Below are positions 12,327 to 24,375 of a stretch of 64,000 nucleotides of DNA, one piece after another. The DNA is from Squalus acanthias. Its lineage: Eukaryota. The notes beneath the pieces were generated by a model. The model ran no database searches and was not told where the DNA came from. It was given only the letters and a program-made list of their open reading frames with translations. The stretch is from assembly GCA_030390025.1 (NCBI GenBank), contig CM059431.1, positions 94,304,001 through 94,368,000 of the forward strand. The letters are read 5' to 3'. How positions within the stretch are numbered: the stretch's first letter is position 1; each line of letters begins with the position of its first letter. Both the position numbers and the translations under genes were made by a program.

Positions 12327-13263
12327 CTAGTTTAAATGCTCCCGAACTGCTTTATCAAAAATTACCCCGAGAACATCAGTTCCATCTTTGCACAGGTGTA
12401 GACCGTCCCTTTTGTATAGGTCACACCTACCACAAAACTGGTTCCAATGCCTCAAAAATTTAAAACCCTCCTTCTTACACCACTGCTCAAGCCACGTATT
12501 TAGCCTAACTATCCTGTTCTCTGTACTCTTACTAGCACGTGGCACTGGTAGTAATCCAGAGATTACTACCTTCGAGGTCCTACTTTTTAGCTTGGCTCCT
12601 AACTCCCTAAATTCTACTTGTAGGACCTCTTCCCTTTTTTTAGCTACGTCGTTGGTACCAACATGTATCACGACAACTGGCTGTTCCCCCTCCCCTTCCA
12701 GAATGTTCTGCACCCGCGCCGAGACATCCTTGACCCTTGCACCAGGGAGGCAACATACCATCCTGGAGTCTCGGTCGCGACCACAGAAACCCCTATCTAT
12801 TCCCCTTACAATCGAATCCCCTATTACTATAGCCCTGCCACTCTTTTTCCCTCCCTTCTTTGCAACAGAGCCAGTCATGGTGCCATGAGCCTGGCTGCTG
12901 GTGCCTTCCCCCGATGAGTCATCCCCCCCGACAACAGCACCTAAGGCGGTGAACCTGTTGCTAAGGGAGACAACCCCAGGGGATTTCTGCACTACCTTCC
13001 TGCCCTTGCTCTGCCTTTTGGTCACCCATGTATTATCTACGCTGGCCTTAACCTGCGGCGTGACCAACTCACTAAATGTGTTATCCACAACCCTCTCAGA
13101 ATCGTGGATGCTCCAAAGTGAGTCCATCCGCAGCTCAAGGGTCCCACATGAGCTGCAGCTGGACACACTTCCCGCACACATGGTTGTCAGGGACACAGGA
13201 AGCGTCCCTGATTTCCCACATGTTACAGGAGGAGCATGACACAGGTCTGAGCTCTACTGCCAT
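12327..13263 (-). pseudogene. CR1 ORF1 (CxxC...CxxC zinc finger, coiled coil, SGNH/GDSL esterase) with one frameshift near 13140
   Basis: ATG at 13263 reads MAVELRPVSCSSCNMW..VCGKC. Esterase motifs are GDS, LPGA, HVGTND and DGLHL. A deletion of about 11 nt relative to the 41597 copy shifts the frame. Confidence 0.9.
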
Positions 13264-14806
13264 GACTTAACCCTTATATTACTTTTTAATTTTCTAGTTT
13301 TAGTTTATTTATTGACTTTTGTTTTCCCGAAGCTTACTTAGACCAATGTATACTGTACTCCTCTTATTCCTTTTTAAACTAACCAAATCCCACTAGTTTT
13401 AGTTTTACTTTCTAGGAAGGTTTGAGGAAAGTACTTACCAGTTAGTCTTACCTCCCTGGTCTTTCGCTGACTTCCCGGTCTTGTGTCCCCTTGGTCCTAC
13501 GCCGACTTCCCGCTCCTCCCGGTTCCTGCCCTGCTGAAAAGAAACTGAGACCAAAAAATTTGTGACCTCTGTTTTTAGACTGCTAAAAGACTAGTAGGTT
13601 AGAGGAGGAGGGCGGGTGGGGGTTCCTACTCTGTAGGAACTCGGGTTTAAGCCACCACCCTCCTTAAATGCCGTTCACCTGGGTGCTTCCCACCTGGTCC
13701 GCTTCCGGTCTCGTCGCTCCCGACAACAGCCTGTGAAGAAAAGCCCGCGAAAGTGAGTTCAAATACTCACAGCACCTCACAGCACCTCACAGCACTTCCC
13801 TCTCCTCTTTTAGTATAACCTTCACATCATCCGCTTCCTTTGTGAAGGTAGATGCATTTAATACTATGAAGAAACACAATTCTTACACTCAACATTTATA
13901 ATCTTTGTGGGCCATGACAGGAAGCTGCCCAAAACAGATCACCAAATGTCAAGTGATGCCACACTGACAAGGAGCTATTGGTGAAAGCATGAGCCTACAG
14001 TAACAGGATATGACTGGCAAGTTTCAGTCTCACAAGCCTGCAAACATCTGTTTATCTCTCTACTATCCTCTTCGCCTCAGAAATAGTACTTACTATTAAA
14101 AAACCACACAGCTTGCCAATCGAAGCTATAGCAGCTATTCTTAAGGAGATGGTGTCATAGGTGTAATTGTAAATGAGCAATGTGTTGAAGAGGCACTGGC
14201 CACAGAGCTGGATGATCTCTTTGCAAATGTCAGTGGTTTGATTTTCACACATCCAATGTTGTGTTTCTGTATTCTATGTCCTGCTAGTATCCTTATCAAA
14301 GGATCTGCTGATCACTGAACCCATTTTAAGTTGGAATAAAGACAAATTGAAAACTGATTAGATATCTAAATAGTTGACTTCTGAAAGCTGCAAAACACAA
14401 TAGAAGTGAGAATTGTAATGTATACGTGATCTAATGCTTATCTTACTCAATCTTCAGTAAAGTTTGGTTGTCACTGTGGGTTCCTGGACATCTGCTAGTC
14501 AAAGGGCTAGGATTGGTCATAGTAACAATTAGAGATGGAAGGCTAGATTTCCCTCCAGGGTGGGTTCACCACCAGAGATGGGTCAAGTGGGACTTCTGTC
14601 CTCTGGCCCAACCAGCCATGACTCTCTCCTATTTTTCTGGGTCAGTACTCATTAAGCATGCAACAAGAACAACTTGCATTTATATAGCACCTTTAATGTA
14701 GGAAAATATCCCAAGGCACCTCAAGCAGCACATTCAGACATTATACATGCCTCAATGGGAGAGAGAATGAGCACATACTGCAGGAAGAAAATTCCATGGG
14801 TCAGAT

Positions 14807-15946
14807 TGAAGGGATTATTACTAGTCCTAGCCCCTTTAGGGCTACCCCGGATCAGGCGTATTCCCCAGACGTTCACCTTCAACTAAAGTTAGAGGTAGCC
14901 GAATCCTAAAGACGCTTAATTGGGTCTAAAGGTCCAGACTATCTCTCCCTAAAGGAAAGGAACAGCCTGAAGATGTTACCGTCCTCCAGATAGCACTTTT
15001 AATAAGTTTAGCCAGACTGTAACATTCCGGATATTATGAGGGTCCGGAAAACTCCCCCAGAATTCTGCAACTCCTCACCAAAGAGCGTACAGAGATTGAG
15101 TTTGCGAGTTTGATACAGAAGTACTATGTGAGACAATTCTAAAAATATATAGATTTATTAAAGAACCGACATGCAGTTACAATTGGTGATTCAGTCGCAA
15201 CATTAACAGTTCCAATTACAAAAAACTTACAGTTCTATTATCAGAGATCCTTATTCTCAAATCTTAACTTCATTACATTTTTACATTTCTTAGTCTTATT
15301 CCAGGATATCCACCAAAATCAAATACAGTACCTTTTTGATCCCCGAGATACAAAGAGTTGAAGACTTACAGAGCTTGCCTCTGAAGCCTGAGAATCGCTT
15401 TGCCCCTTCAAGCGAATCTGTCTTCCCATTTGAAAGTCCAATTTTTATACCCTTTCTCAGTGGTATTTCCTTTGAAGTTTTCTGCTGATGTAAGCTAATT
15501 ATCTCTAGTCATTTTTCTGCTGGCCCCTTCTATTCTTACAGTTAGTTCAGCTGTAGCATTAAGAATCGTGTCTCTACCTTTAGGTGTTCGAAGCTCATCA
15601 TTAAAAAACAGTGTAACAGCAGTGGTTCTATCTGATGTCATTTTTACGAAGGCATATGTTGCTTTATCTTTCTGTGTTTCATTTCAAAGTGTTGGTTTAA
15701 GACACTTTAACAGAATATTAAATTGTGTTCTTTCCAAGGCTGCAGACTTCCAGGAACCTTTAACCTTTTGTTTCAATGAGGCTATTGTTTCAGTGTCAAC
15801 AACTTATCTTATCTCAAAAGCCTGTATGCTGTTCACAGCTTCTGATTGTTGAGGCGTCCAGATTTTCAAACCTAGTTTGTCATGTTTCTAAGGCCAGAAT
15901 TCTTTTATAGGATGGTGTATTTTTCTGAATATGGCACATTCCTTCA
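14807..15946 (-). mobile_element. Solo LTR (about 1140 bp, ERV-like termini)
   Basis: TGAAGG...CCTTCA inverted termini. On the minus strand there is TATAAAAA at about 15445 and AATAAA at about 15156. No PBS follows. The flanks (tcagat/cgagat) are only a partial TSD match. Confidence 0.75.
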
Positions 15947-17319
15947 CGAGATCACCCTGTCTCAATCCACACTGTTCTCATGTTTAGTGGCAAAACTCAG
16001 ACTTAAAAGAAAGGCTCTGCCTTCGACAGACCTGATAGAACTGAGGCCCATGTTATCTCATCTTTCCACAGTATCAACCCTACTATCTTCCTATTACAAC
16101 ATTTAGCTTTTTTTTAACGAGTCCAGAGTCCTGACTTCAACCAGACTTTTTGGCAACCTGTTCCAGCTGTTGATTACTTGTACAGGAAATACTTCTTGGA
16201 ATCTCTCCTAAACTTGCCTTTCACTGCACTGAACCTGTGTCCTCTTATCCTGGTAACTTGGTATGCGGTGTCTATATCGATTAGATATTCTATGACTTGT
16301 ACAACGATTGTGTGCAGATATATATAGTGCAGGTAATGAGAATGAAGGATCTGTACCCATAGGTGTGCTTACGTAGTCATAATGCACCATCTGCTCTCTT
16401 CAAAAAGCAAGGAGAACCTAGTGGGCCACGATCCAGATCCAAAGGGCACCATGTAACTGGGAAGCTCCTGTCAACACCCTCACCTGACACAGGCACTAGT
16501 ACAGATACAGATATTACAACAGATATAAATAGGGATGAGGAGCAGAAAGCACATAATTAAATATTAAATACAGTAAAAAAGGGATAGCAATGATGGGGGT
16601 TAATGAGGATCTGGCAGCTATCAGGCAATGTCCCTGCATGCTGTGTTTTTCTATTGAGTTGTAGGGACACAGACCTCAGGCTCGCAAATGGAAGTTGGTA
16701 GAATGCTAGTATCACTTACATCCTTACATTACATTGGAAGGTAACCTAGGTAATCTGGAGATGACCAATGCCCAGATATGTGCTGTACTGATATTGAGGT
16801 GCTTCATTTTAGTAGGAAGAATAAGGGGGCCACATATACATTGGAAAATAAGAATCTAAATGGGATAGAGGAGCAAAAGGATCTAGGGGTACAGATACAC
16901 AAATCAGGGTACAATTCTAAAGGAGAACAGAGAGACCTGGGAGTATATGTGCACAAATCGTTGAAGGTGGCAGGGCAGGTTGAGAACGCGGTTAAAAAAG
17001 CATACAGGATCCTGGACTTCATAAATAGAGTCATTGGGCTGGATTTTGCCATTGGTGGCAGGTTGGGTGCGAGTCAGGTGGTCGGTGGGTCCTGATCCTG
17101 CCTCCGCTATCGGGCGGGAAAAAATTGTGATTTTGCCCTAATTGGGCAATTGATTCCCAGCGTGTGCAAACCCCTGGCCCAATTAATTTTTGGGCCTGAA
17201 ACTTGCCTCTGTTGACGTCATTTCTCCAGCTGCATTTAAGGGTTAGAGCAGCCTTGGTTAATTTTGTGCCTATACGCTTGTGTTTACTTCTGTTCATAAT
17301 AGTTTTTGGAGCTAGTGGA

Positions 17320-19222
17320 ATGTTGACTTCAAGGCCCAAGGCCTCACCTCGGTGGAGGGAGCCAGAGCACAAAAGGAGGTGCTCTTTCCATCCTCTGGGA
17401 GGAAAAAACTTCCTCAGCAGACCAAAGCTGTGTGACTGCAAGTTGCCCAGGAGGTCAGTTCCAGATCGATGTGCAGCAGAACCTGACTGCAGTGCCGAAA
17501 GAGGTTCAGTGACCTTTTCCGAACAGGCAAAGTGAGTACAGCATCACTTTTACCCTCATTCTGCTCCCCATCTCCTCTCAGCACCATCACTCTGCATTGT
17601 CAACATACTCCTACACATCCCACTTTACCTTTACATCCCTTGCACCCTTAACCATCCCTCTCTCTCTATGTACACAATCACTTAATTATTCGACTATGCT
17701 GCTATCACTGTTATGCTATGACAACAACTAACAACACACAGGGAGGGCCCTTAGTTTTGGGACCTCACTCCATCTTTGTGTCCTTCTAAGCATCTATGCT
17801 ATGGATTATCTACACTCACTCCATCATTCTCACTCAAACTCCACTTGTGTCTCTCATTGCAGGAAAAGAGAGCCCACAATAAGAGGGAAAGGACGAAGAC
17901 CAGAGGAGGGCCACCCTCAATAGCCCGTCTTACCAGCGCAGGGGAGGCGGCCCTAGAGATCGCTTGCATCGAGGAGGATGTGGAAGTGGGGGATGGACAG
18001 ATGGACACATCAGAGCAAGCTGGTGACAGTATAGTTTTGCATCTCTCGCATTGACATTGCATGAGTGACTGATAGGGCTTCTGATGCTCAATAAGATTCC
18101 ATGTGCATGCTACGTTTATATCACATGTCTAACTCATGCCTTTACTCCCCTACAGGGCCATCGACAGCCCCCCTCCCCACTGTCCAGGAGGGAGAGACTG
18201 AGTCGGAAGACTCTTCAGTGGAACCTGCAACCTCTGAGGGCGCAGCATCAGCAGAATTATGCGCACCCAGCACCAGCGCAGATACGCACACCTCGGTGGG
18301 ACCTTCGGGACATAGAGTAGTGTTGTCACCTGGTGTATCACAGCTCACAAGTGAGCATCAGCAGATGGTGGAGACAGGGACAGCAGTGGAGAGTCCTCGT
18401 CGGAGGCCGCAGGGCACTCCCAGCTCTGCTCAGCTGCATGTCGACCCTGTGCCTCCGGGTCCATCCAGAAGGAGAGCGGTGCTGGAACTCCAGGAACAGG
18501 TGCAGGAGTCTCTGGCAGGTATTGTCTCCAGGGTCACTACGAGTGTGGAGCAGATGGAGGAGTCCAACGCTAACATGAGCAGAGCCTTTGTGGAGGCAAT
18601 GGCGCATGAACACATCACCATGGAAAGGATGGCTACCTCCGTGGAAAGGATGGCTACGGCAGAGGAGAGGATGACTACGGCCATGGAGGAGCTAAGTTGC
18701 CAGAGTGTGGAAAACATGGTGAATGTTCAGAATAGACTGACATCTCTGGAGGAGCGATGGACAGCTATTGATCAGAGAAACCAGACCTTCATGGAAGTCC
18801 TCTGGAGTAGGACTGCCAGTGCAGAAACGGGTCCTCATGGCCCCCCTGATGTGCAGCAAGGTGCTGTCAAGCCACTTGCTAGCTCTGAAATAGGGCTGAC
18901 CCATGAGAGGGATGTTGGTGGCAGAGAACAAGGAAGTGTGGGCTCCTCTCCAAGCGCTTACACGACCATGCCTCTGCGGAGCCCTCGGTCAGAGCCCCAC
19001 CAGAGTCCTCACCCAACTGAGATGGGCGTCTTAGCCCCTGCACAGCCGCAGGAGGAGCAGACTGTTGCCAAGCCCTCACAGGCTCGCAAACCCAGAGGAC
19101 GCCCGCCAAAGTTGTTGAAGCAGGAGCAGCATGAGAGTAAGCAAGGGGCCTCCACATCTGTTGAAGCCACAGGAGAAGCACCATGTAGGAGCACGCGTAA
19201 GAGGAAGATAAAGCACAATTAG
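17320..19222 (+). pseudogene. Harbinger Myb/SANT-like partner gene, 3 exons (about 17320-17531 damaged, 17863-18022, about 18156-19222 open)
   Basis: GTGAGT donor at about 17532 and TTGCAG acceptor at 17862. Exon 2 reads EKRAHNKRERTKTRGG. Exon 3 is long and open, with a coiled-coil heptad repeat and RKPRGRPPK. Confidence 0.8.
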
Positions 19223-19480
19223 TCACAAGGGTAGTCACTTGGGTGTTATGTTGTGTTTAATAGTTAAATGGCATCCTTTAGTCAATGTATTAAAATGAAA
19301 TGATGGCAAATTGTTGAAGTTCTGGACTCTGTCATTTAGGAAATGGAAATTCCACATTGAGGGCTCAGGGTGCATTGTATTTGTCATGATGGTGGTCAGA
19401 GTGATAGGAAGCCACAGGTTCTTGTCCATTGTCTATGGTGTGGTAAGAAGGAGCCAGGCACATGTGTTTGAATGGGCAAC

Positions 19481-22400
19481 TTAAGCAAATCTGGCCAAGA
19501 TGAGTGTATCCCTTGCATCCCGGGCAGCAATGTGCTCGCGTGCTGCTGCAGCTGGTTGATGCGCATCCGCAAGGTCTTCGTTCTTGTTCTCAGTTATGCG
19601 CTGAGCGACTTGTTCCTCAGGCAACTGCAAGCCACGATGCTGTGCGATGTTGTGCAGTGCACAGCAGACCACGACGATTCTGGAGACCCTGGCTGCTGAG
19701 TACTGCAGGGCTCCACCTGATCTGTCAAGGCATCTGAATCACATCTTCAGCAAGCTGATGGGTTGCTCGATGATGGATGTGGTCAAAATGTGGCTGGAGT
19801 TGTAGCGCTCCTCAGCTTCATTGGATGGCCTCCTGAACGGTGTCATTAGCCACATCTTCAGGGGATAGCCCTTATCTCCAAGTAGCCATCCGTAAAGTTG
19901 GTCTGGCGGACTGAAGAGCGGAGGCACACTAGACTGCCGCAGGATGAACGAGTCATGGCAACTGCCAGGGTACTTGGCGCAAACATGCAAAATGTCCTTC
20001 TTGTGGTTACACACCAGCTGCACGTTGAGGGAGTTGAAGCCCTTGCGGTTGACAAAAACAGCTGGGTTGTGATGGGGTGCCTTAAGGGCTACATGTGTGC
20101 AGTCTACGACGCCCTGCACCCTTGGCAAGCCTGCCATATTTGCAAAGCCAACCGAACAGGCGGGTATACTTGCTTGATCCGTGGAGAAGTGTATGTAATT
20201 GTGCGCCTTTGCAAAGAGGGCACCGGTAACCTGCGTGATGCAAGTGTGTGCGGCTGACTGGGAGATGCCGCTGATGTCTGCTGATGATCCCTGGAAGGAG
20301 CCTGAAGCAAAACAGTTGAGTGCGGTGGTGACTTTGACAGCCACTGGTAAGGAGTGTCCACCCGCTCCTCTGGGCTCCAGGTGTTGGTGCAGCATTGCGC
20401 AGATGTCACCGACTACATCTTGCAAAAGTCTCAGCCTCCTTTGGCACTGCTGCTCAGACATGTTGAGGAAGCTCATCCTCATCCTGTAAACCCTGTTTTG
20501 GGGGTACCTCCTGCGGCGACGTGCTTCCCTGCACTGGCACCTTCTGCCCTGTGCACCATTTTTTAAAAAGTATTTTATTCGTATATGGGATGTGGGCATC
20601 GCTAGCAAGGCCAGCATTTATTGCCCATCCCTAATTGCCCTTGAGAAGGTGGTGGTGAGCTGCCTTCTTGAACCGCTGCACTCCATGTGGTGAAGGTACA
20701 ACCACAGTGCTGTTAGGTCAGGAGTTCCAGGATTTTGACCCAGCGACGATGAAGGATTGGCGATATACTTCTAAGTCAGGATGGTGTGTGACTTGGAGGG
20801 GAACTTGGAGGTGGTGGTGTTCCCATGTGCCTGCTGTCCTTGTCCTTCTAGGTGGCAGAGGTCGCGGGTTTGGGAGGTGCTGCCGAAGAAGCCTTGGCGA
20901 GTTGCTGCACTGCATCTTGTAGATGGTACACACTGCAGCCACGGTACGCCGGTGGTGGAGGGAGTGAATGTTTAAGGTGGTGGATGGGGTGCCAATCAAG
21001 CGGGCTGCTTTGTCCTGGATGGCGTCGAGCTTTTTGAGTGTTGTTGGAGTTGCACTCATCCAGGCAAGTGGAGAGTATTCCATCACACTCCTTACTTGTG
21101 CCTTGTAGATGGTGGAAAAGTTTTGGGAAGTCAGGAGGTGAGACACTCGCTGCAGAATACCTAGCCTCTGACCTGCTCTTGTTGCCACAGTATTTATGTG
21201 GCTGGTCCAATTAAGTTTCTGGTCAATGGTGACCCCCAGGATGTTGATGGGGGGGGATTCGGTGATGGTAATACCGTTGAATGTCATGGGGAGGTGGTGA
21301 GACTCTCGCTCGTTGGAGATAGTCGTTGTCTGGCACTTGTGTGGCGCGAATGTTACCTGCCACTTATCAGCCCAAGCCTTATCATCATCCAGGTCTTGTT
21401 GCATGCGGGCATGGACTGCTTCATTATCTGATGGGTTGTGAATGGCGCTGAACACTGTGCAGTCATCAGCGAACATCCCCATTTCTGACCTTATGTTGGA
21501 GAGAAGGTCATTGATGAAGCAGCTGAAGATGGTTGGGCCTAGGACACTGCCCTGAGGAACTCCTGCATTGATGTCCTGGGGCTGTGATGATTGACCTTCA
21601 ACCACCACAACCATCTTCCTTTGTGCTAGGTATGACTCCAGTCAGTGGAGCATTTTCCCCCCGATTCCCAGTGACTTCAGTTTTACTAGGGCTCCTTGAT
21701 GCCACACTCGGTCAAATGCTGCCTTTATGTCAAGGGCAGTCACTCTCATCTTAGCTCTGGAATTCAGCACCTTTGTCCATGTTTGGACCAAGGCTGTAAT
21801 GAGGTCGGGAGCCGAGTGGTCTTGGTGGAACCCAAACTGGGCATCTGTGAGCAGGTTATTGGTGAGTAAGTTTCACTTGATAGCACTGTCAATGACACCT
21901 TCCATCATTTTGCTGATGATTGAAAGTAGCCTGATGGGGTGGGGATTGGCCGTGTTGGATTTGTCCTGCTTTTTGTGGACAGGACATACCTGGGCAGTTT
22001 TCCACATTGTCGCATAGATGCCAGTGTTGTAGCTGTACTGGAACAGCTTGGCTAGAGGCGCGGCTAGTTCTGGAACACAAGTCTTCAGCACGATAGCCGG
22101 GATGTTGTCGGGGCCCATAGCCTTTGCTGTATCCAGTGCGCTCAGCCATTTCTTGATCTAACGTTAGGTAATTCGAATTGGCTGAAGGCTGGCTTCTGTG
22201 ATGGTGGGGACCTCAGGAGTAGGCCGATAGGAATCATCCACTCGGCACTTCTGGCTGAAGATGGTTGCAAACGCTTCAGCCTTGTCTTTTGCACTCAGGT
22301 GCTGGGCTCCACCATCATTGAGGATGGGGATATTCATGGAGCCTCCTCCTCCCGTTAGTTGTTTAATGTTCCACCACCATTCACGACTGGATGTGGCAGG

Positions 22401-23560
22401 ACTGCAGAGCTGTGATCTGATCCGTTGATTGTGGGATCGCTTAGCCCTGTCTATAGCATGCTGCTTCCGCTTTTTAGCATGCATGTAGTCCTGTGTTGCA
22501 GCTTCCCCAGGTTGGCACCTCATTTTTAGGTATGCCTGGTGCTGCTCCTGGCATGCTCTTCTACACTCCTTATTGAACCAGAGTTGGTCCCCTGGCTTGA
22601 TGGTAATGGTAGTGTGAGGGATATGCCAGGCCATGAGGTTACAGATTGTGGTGGAATACAATTCTACTGCTGCTGATGGCCCACAGTGCCTCATGGATGC
22701 CCAGTTTTGAGCTGTTAGATCTATCCCACTTAACACGGTAGTAGTGCCACACAACACGATGGACTGTGTCCTCAGTGTGAAGACGGGATTTCGTCTACTC
22801 AATGACTGTGCGGTGGTCACTGCTACCAATACTCTCATGGACAGATGCATCTGCGACAGGTAGATTGGTGAGGACGAGGTCAAGTAGGTTTTTCCCACGT
22901 GTTGGTTCTCTCACCACCTGTCGCAGGCCCAGACTGGCAGTTATGTCCTTCAGGACTCGGCCAGCTCAGTCAGTAGTGGTGCTACCGAGCCACTCTTGGT
23001 AATAGACATTGAAGTCCCCCACCCAGAGTACATTCTGTGCCCTTGCTACTCTCAGTGCTTCTTCCAAGTGGTGATCAACATGGAGTAGTACAGATTCATC
23101 AGCCGAGGGAGGGCAGTAGGTGGTAATCAGCAGGAGGTTTCCTTGCCCATGCTTGACCTGAAGCCATGAGACTTCATGGGGTCCGAAGTCAATGCTAAGG
23201 ACTCCCAGGGCCACTCCTTCCTGACTGTATACCACTGTGCCCCCCATCCCTGGTGGGTCTGTCCTGCCGGTGGGACAGGACATACCCAGGGATGGTGATG
23301 GAGGAGTTTGGGACATTGGCTGAAAGGTATGATTCTGTGAGTATGACTATGCCAGGCTGTTGCTTGACTAATCTGTGGGACAGGTCTCCCAATTTTGGCA
23401 CAAGTCCCCAGATGTTGGTGAGGAGGACTTTGCAGGTATGACTGGGCTGGGTGAGCAGCAGGTTGGCCTTCCTGTTGTTGCTGCTGTTGGTGCTGCTGTT
23501 GGTTCCCAGGCTGCTGGTAGCTATCTCCGCTAAGGAAGCGCTCAGTCAATGTGGGGAGAG
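19481..23560 (-). pseudogene. Harbinger DDE transposase (HARBI1-like), N-terminus separated by the LINE insertion, nonsense codon at 19739
   Basis: VDCTH, HDS, GDKGY and IEQ motifs. The Q-rich N-terminus resumes at about 23450. Confidence 0.9.
20560..23447 (-). mobile_element. Second LINE family (CR1/L2-group, distinct from the HER1-type), near-complete degraded EN-RT ORF
   Basis: ILTESYL, YCPP and GDFN (endonuclease); GPDNIP, PQGSVLGP and FADD (RT); a distinct 3' UTR at 20560-20720. Confidence 0.9.
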
Positions 23561-24375
23561 GGTTTACCCAGGAGGTCACAGTGGAGATGGATCTCAGCTT
23601 CACCACTTCCAAGATCAGTGGACCTGCAAAAAGTTCTCCAAGACCTGAAAAAACAAAGTTCTGCCACCTGCAACTGATCCTTGTTGAGAGCTCCATTTTT
23701 ATGATGGAGCTGCAGCTGTTAGGAAGCCAGCCACTTGTCAACCCGACAGGATTAGCTGGCGTGTTTCAGGAGAGACGTGCAGCACGCTGGAAATGTGGCA
23801 AAATTTGAAAGGCCTCTCAAAATGGGATTATAGAGGTACTTAAGTGGTAGTTAAGTGCCTTAAGGGCTTATCCCGCCGCCTGGAGGCACGACCGAAACGG
23901 ACTCTGCAAGCCCGCCTCTGGCAAAGTTGCGCGGAGGCGGGTTGACAGCGGGATAAGCCGCCGTCTTTTTTTCAAATTTTCCCTCTAGTCCCACCTCCAA
24001 ACCCGCCTCCTCAGGGCAGGTAAAATCCAGCCCTCTGAGTACAAAAGCAAGGAAGTTCTGATGAAACTTTATAAAACACTGGTTCGGCCTCAACTGAAGT
24101 ATTGTGTCCAATTCTGGGCACCGCGCTTTAGGAAGGGTGCAGAAAAGATTTACAAGAGTGGTTCCAGGGATGAGAGACTTCAGTTACGTGGAAATACTAG
24201 AGAAGCTGGAGTTGTTCTCCTTAGAGCAAAGAAGTTTGAGAGGAGTGTTCAAAATCATGAGGGGTCTAGACAGAGTTGATAGAGAGAAACTGTTCCTATT
24301 TGCAGAAGGGTCGAGAACCAGAGGACACAGATTTAAGGTGATTGACAGAAGAACCAAAGGTGACATGAGAAAAAA

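Larger units (their letters stand above)
9285..13795 (-). mobile_element. Full-length young CR1 LINE (5' UTR, ORF1, ORF2, 3' tail)
   Basis: (CTATGTAT)n tail at 9285-9306, intact ORF2, esterase ORF1 and a 5' UTR of about 530 bp with a 10-bp tandem repeat at the 5' tip. Confidence 0.95.
4180..13860 (-). mobile_element. Old CR1 ORF2 fragment split into 4180-4573, 8385-9284 and 13796-13860 by two later insertions
   Basis: The RT sequence continues across both insertions. CAAG is duplicated at 4571/8384 and ACTT at about 9281/13794. A FTKE motif lies at about 13830-13850. Confidence 0.8.
17036..24033 (-). mobile_element. Harbinger transposon (Myb gene on +, transposase on -), interrupted by a LINE
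   Basis: TIRs are GGGCTGGATTTTGCC and GGTAAAATCCAGCCC (14/15 match). Both genes are recognisable. Confidence 0.93.
16790..24375 (+). mobile_element. CR1 3' RT fragment (16790-17035 plus 24034-24375) split by a Harbinger
   Basis: KAYRILDFINR|EYKSKEVLMKLYKTLVRPQL is continuous across the insertion. Confidence 0.85.

Noticed and set aside
1311..15150. Long inverted repeats as TIRs of a 14-kb DNA transposon
   Set aside because: One copy continues into a full LTR with TATA and polyA signals, and the other is cut by a CR1. They are independent LTR copies.
19739..20617. Novel N-terminus on a 292-aa transposase ORF
   Set aside because: The first 20 or so residues come from the 3' tail of the inserted LINE. 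The true N-terminus is at about 23450-23560.
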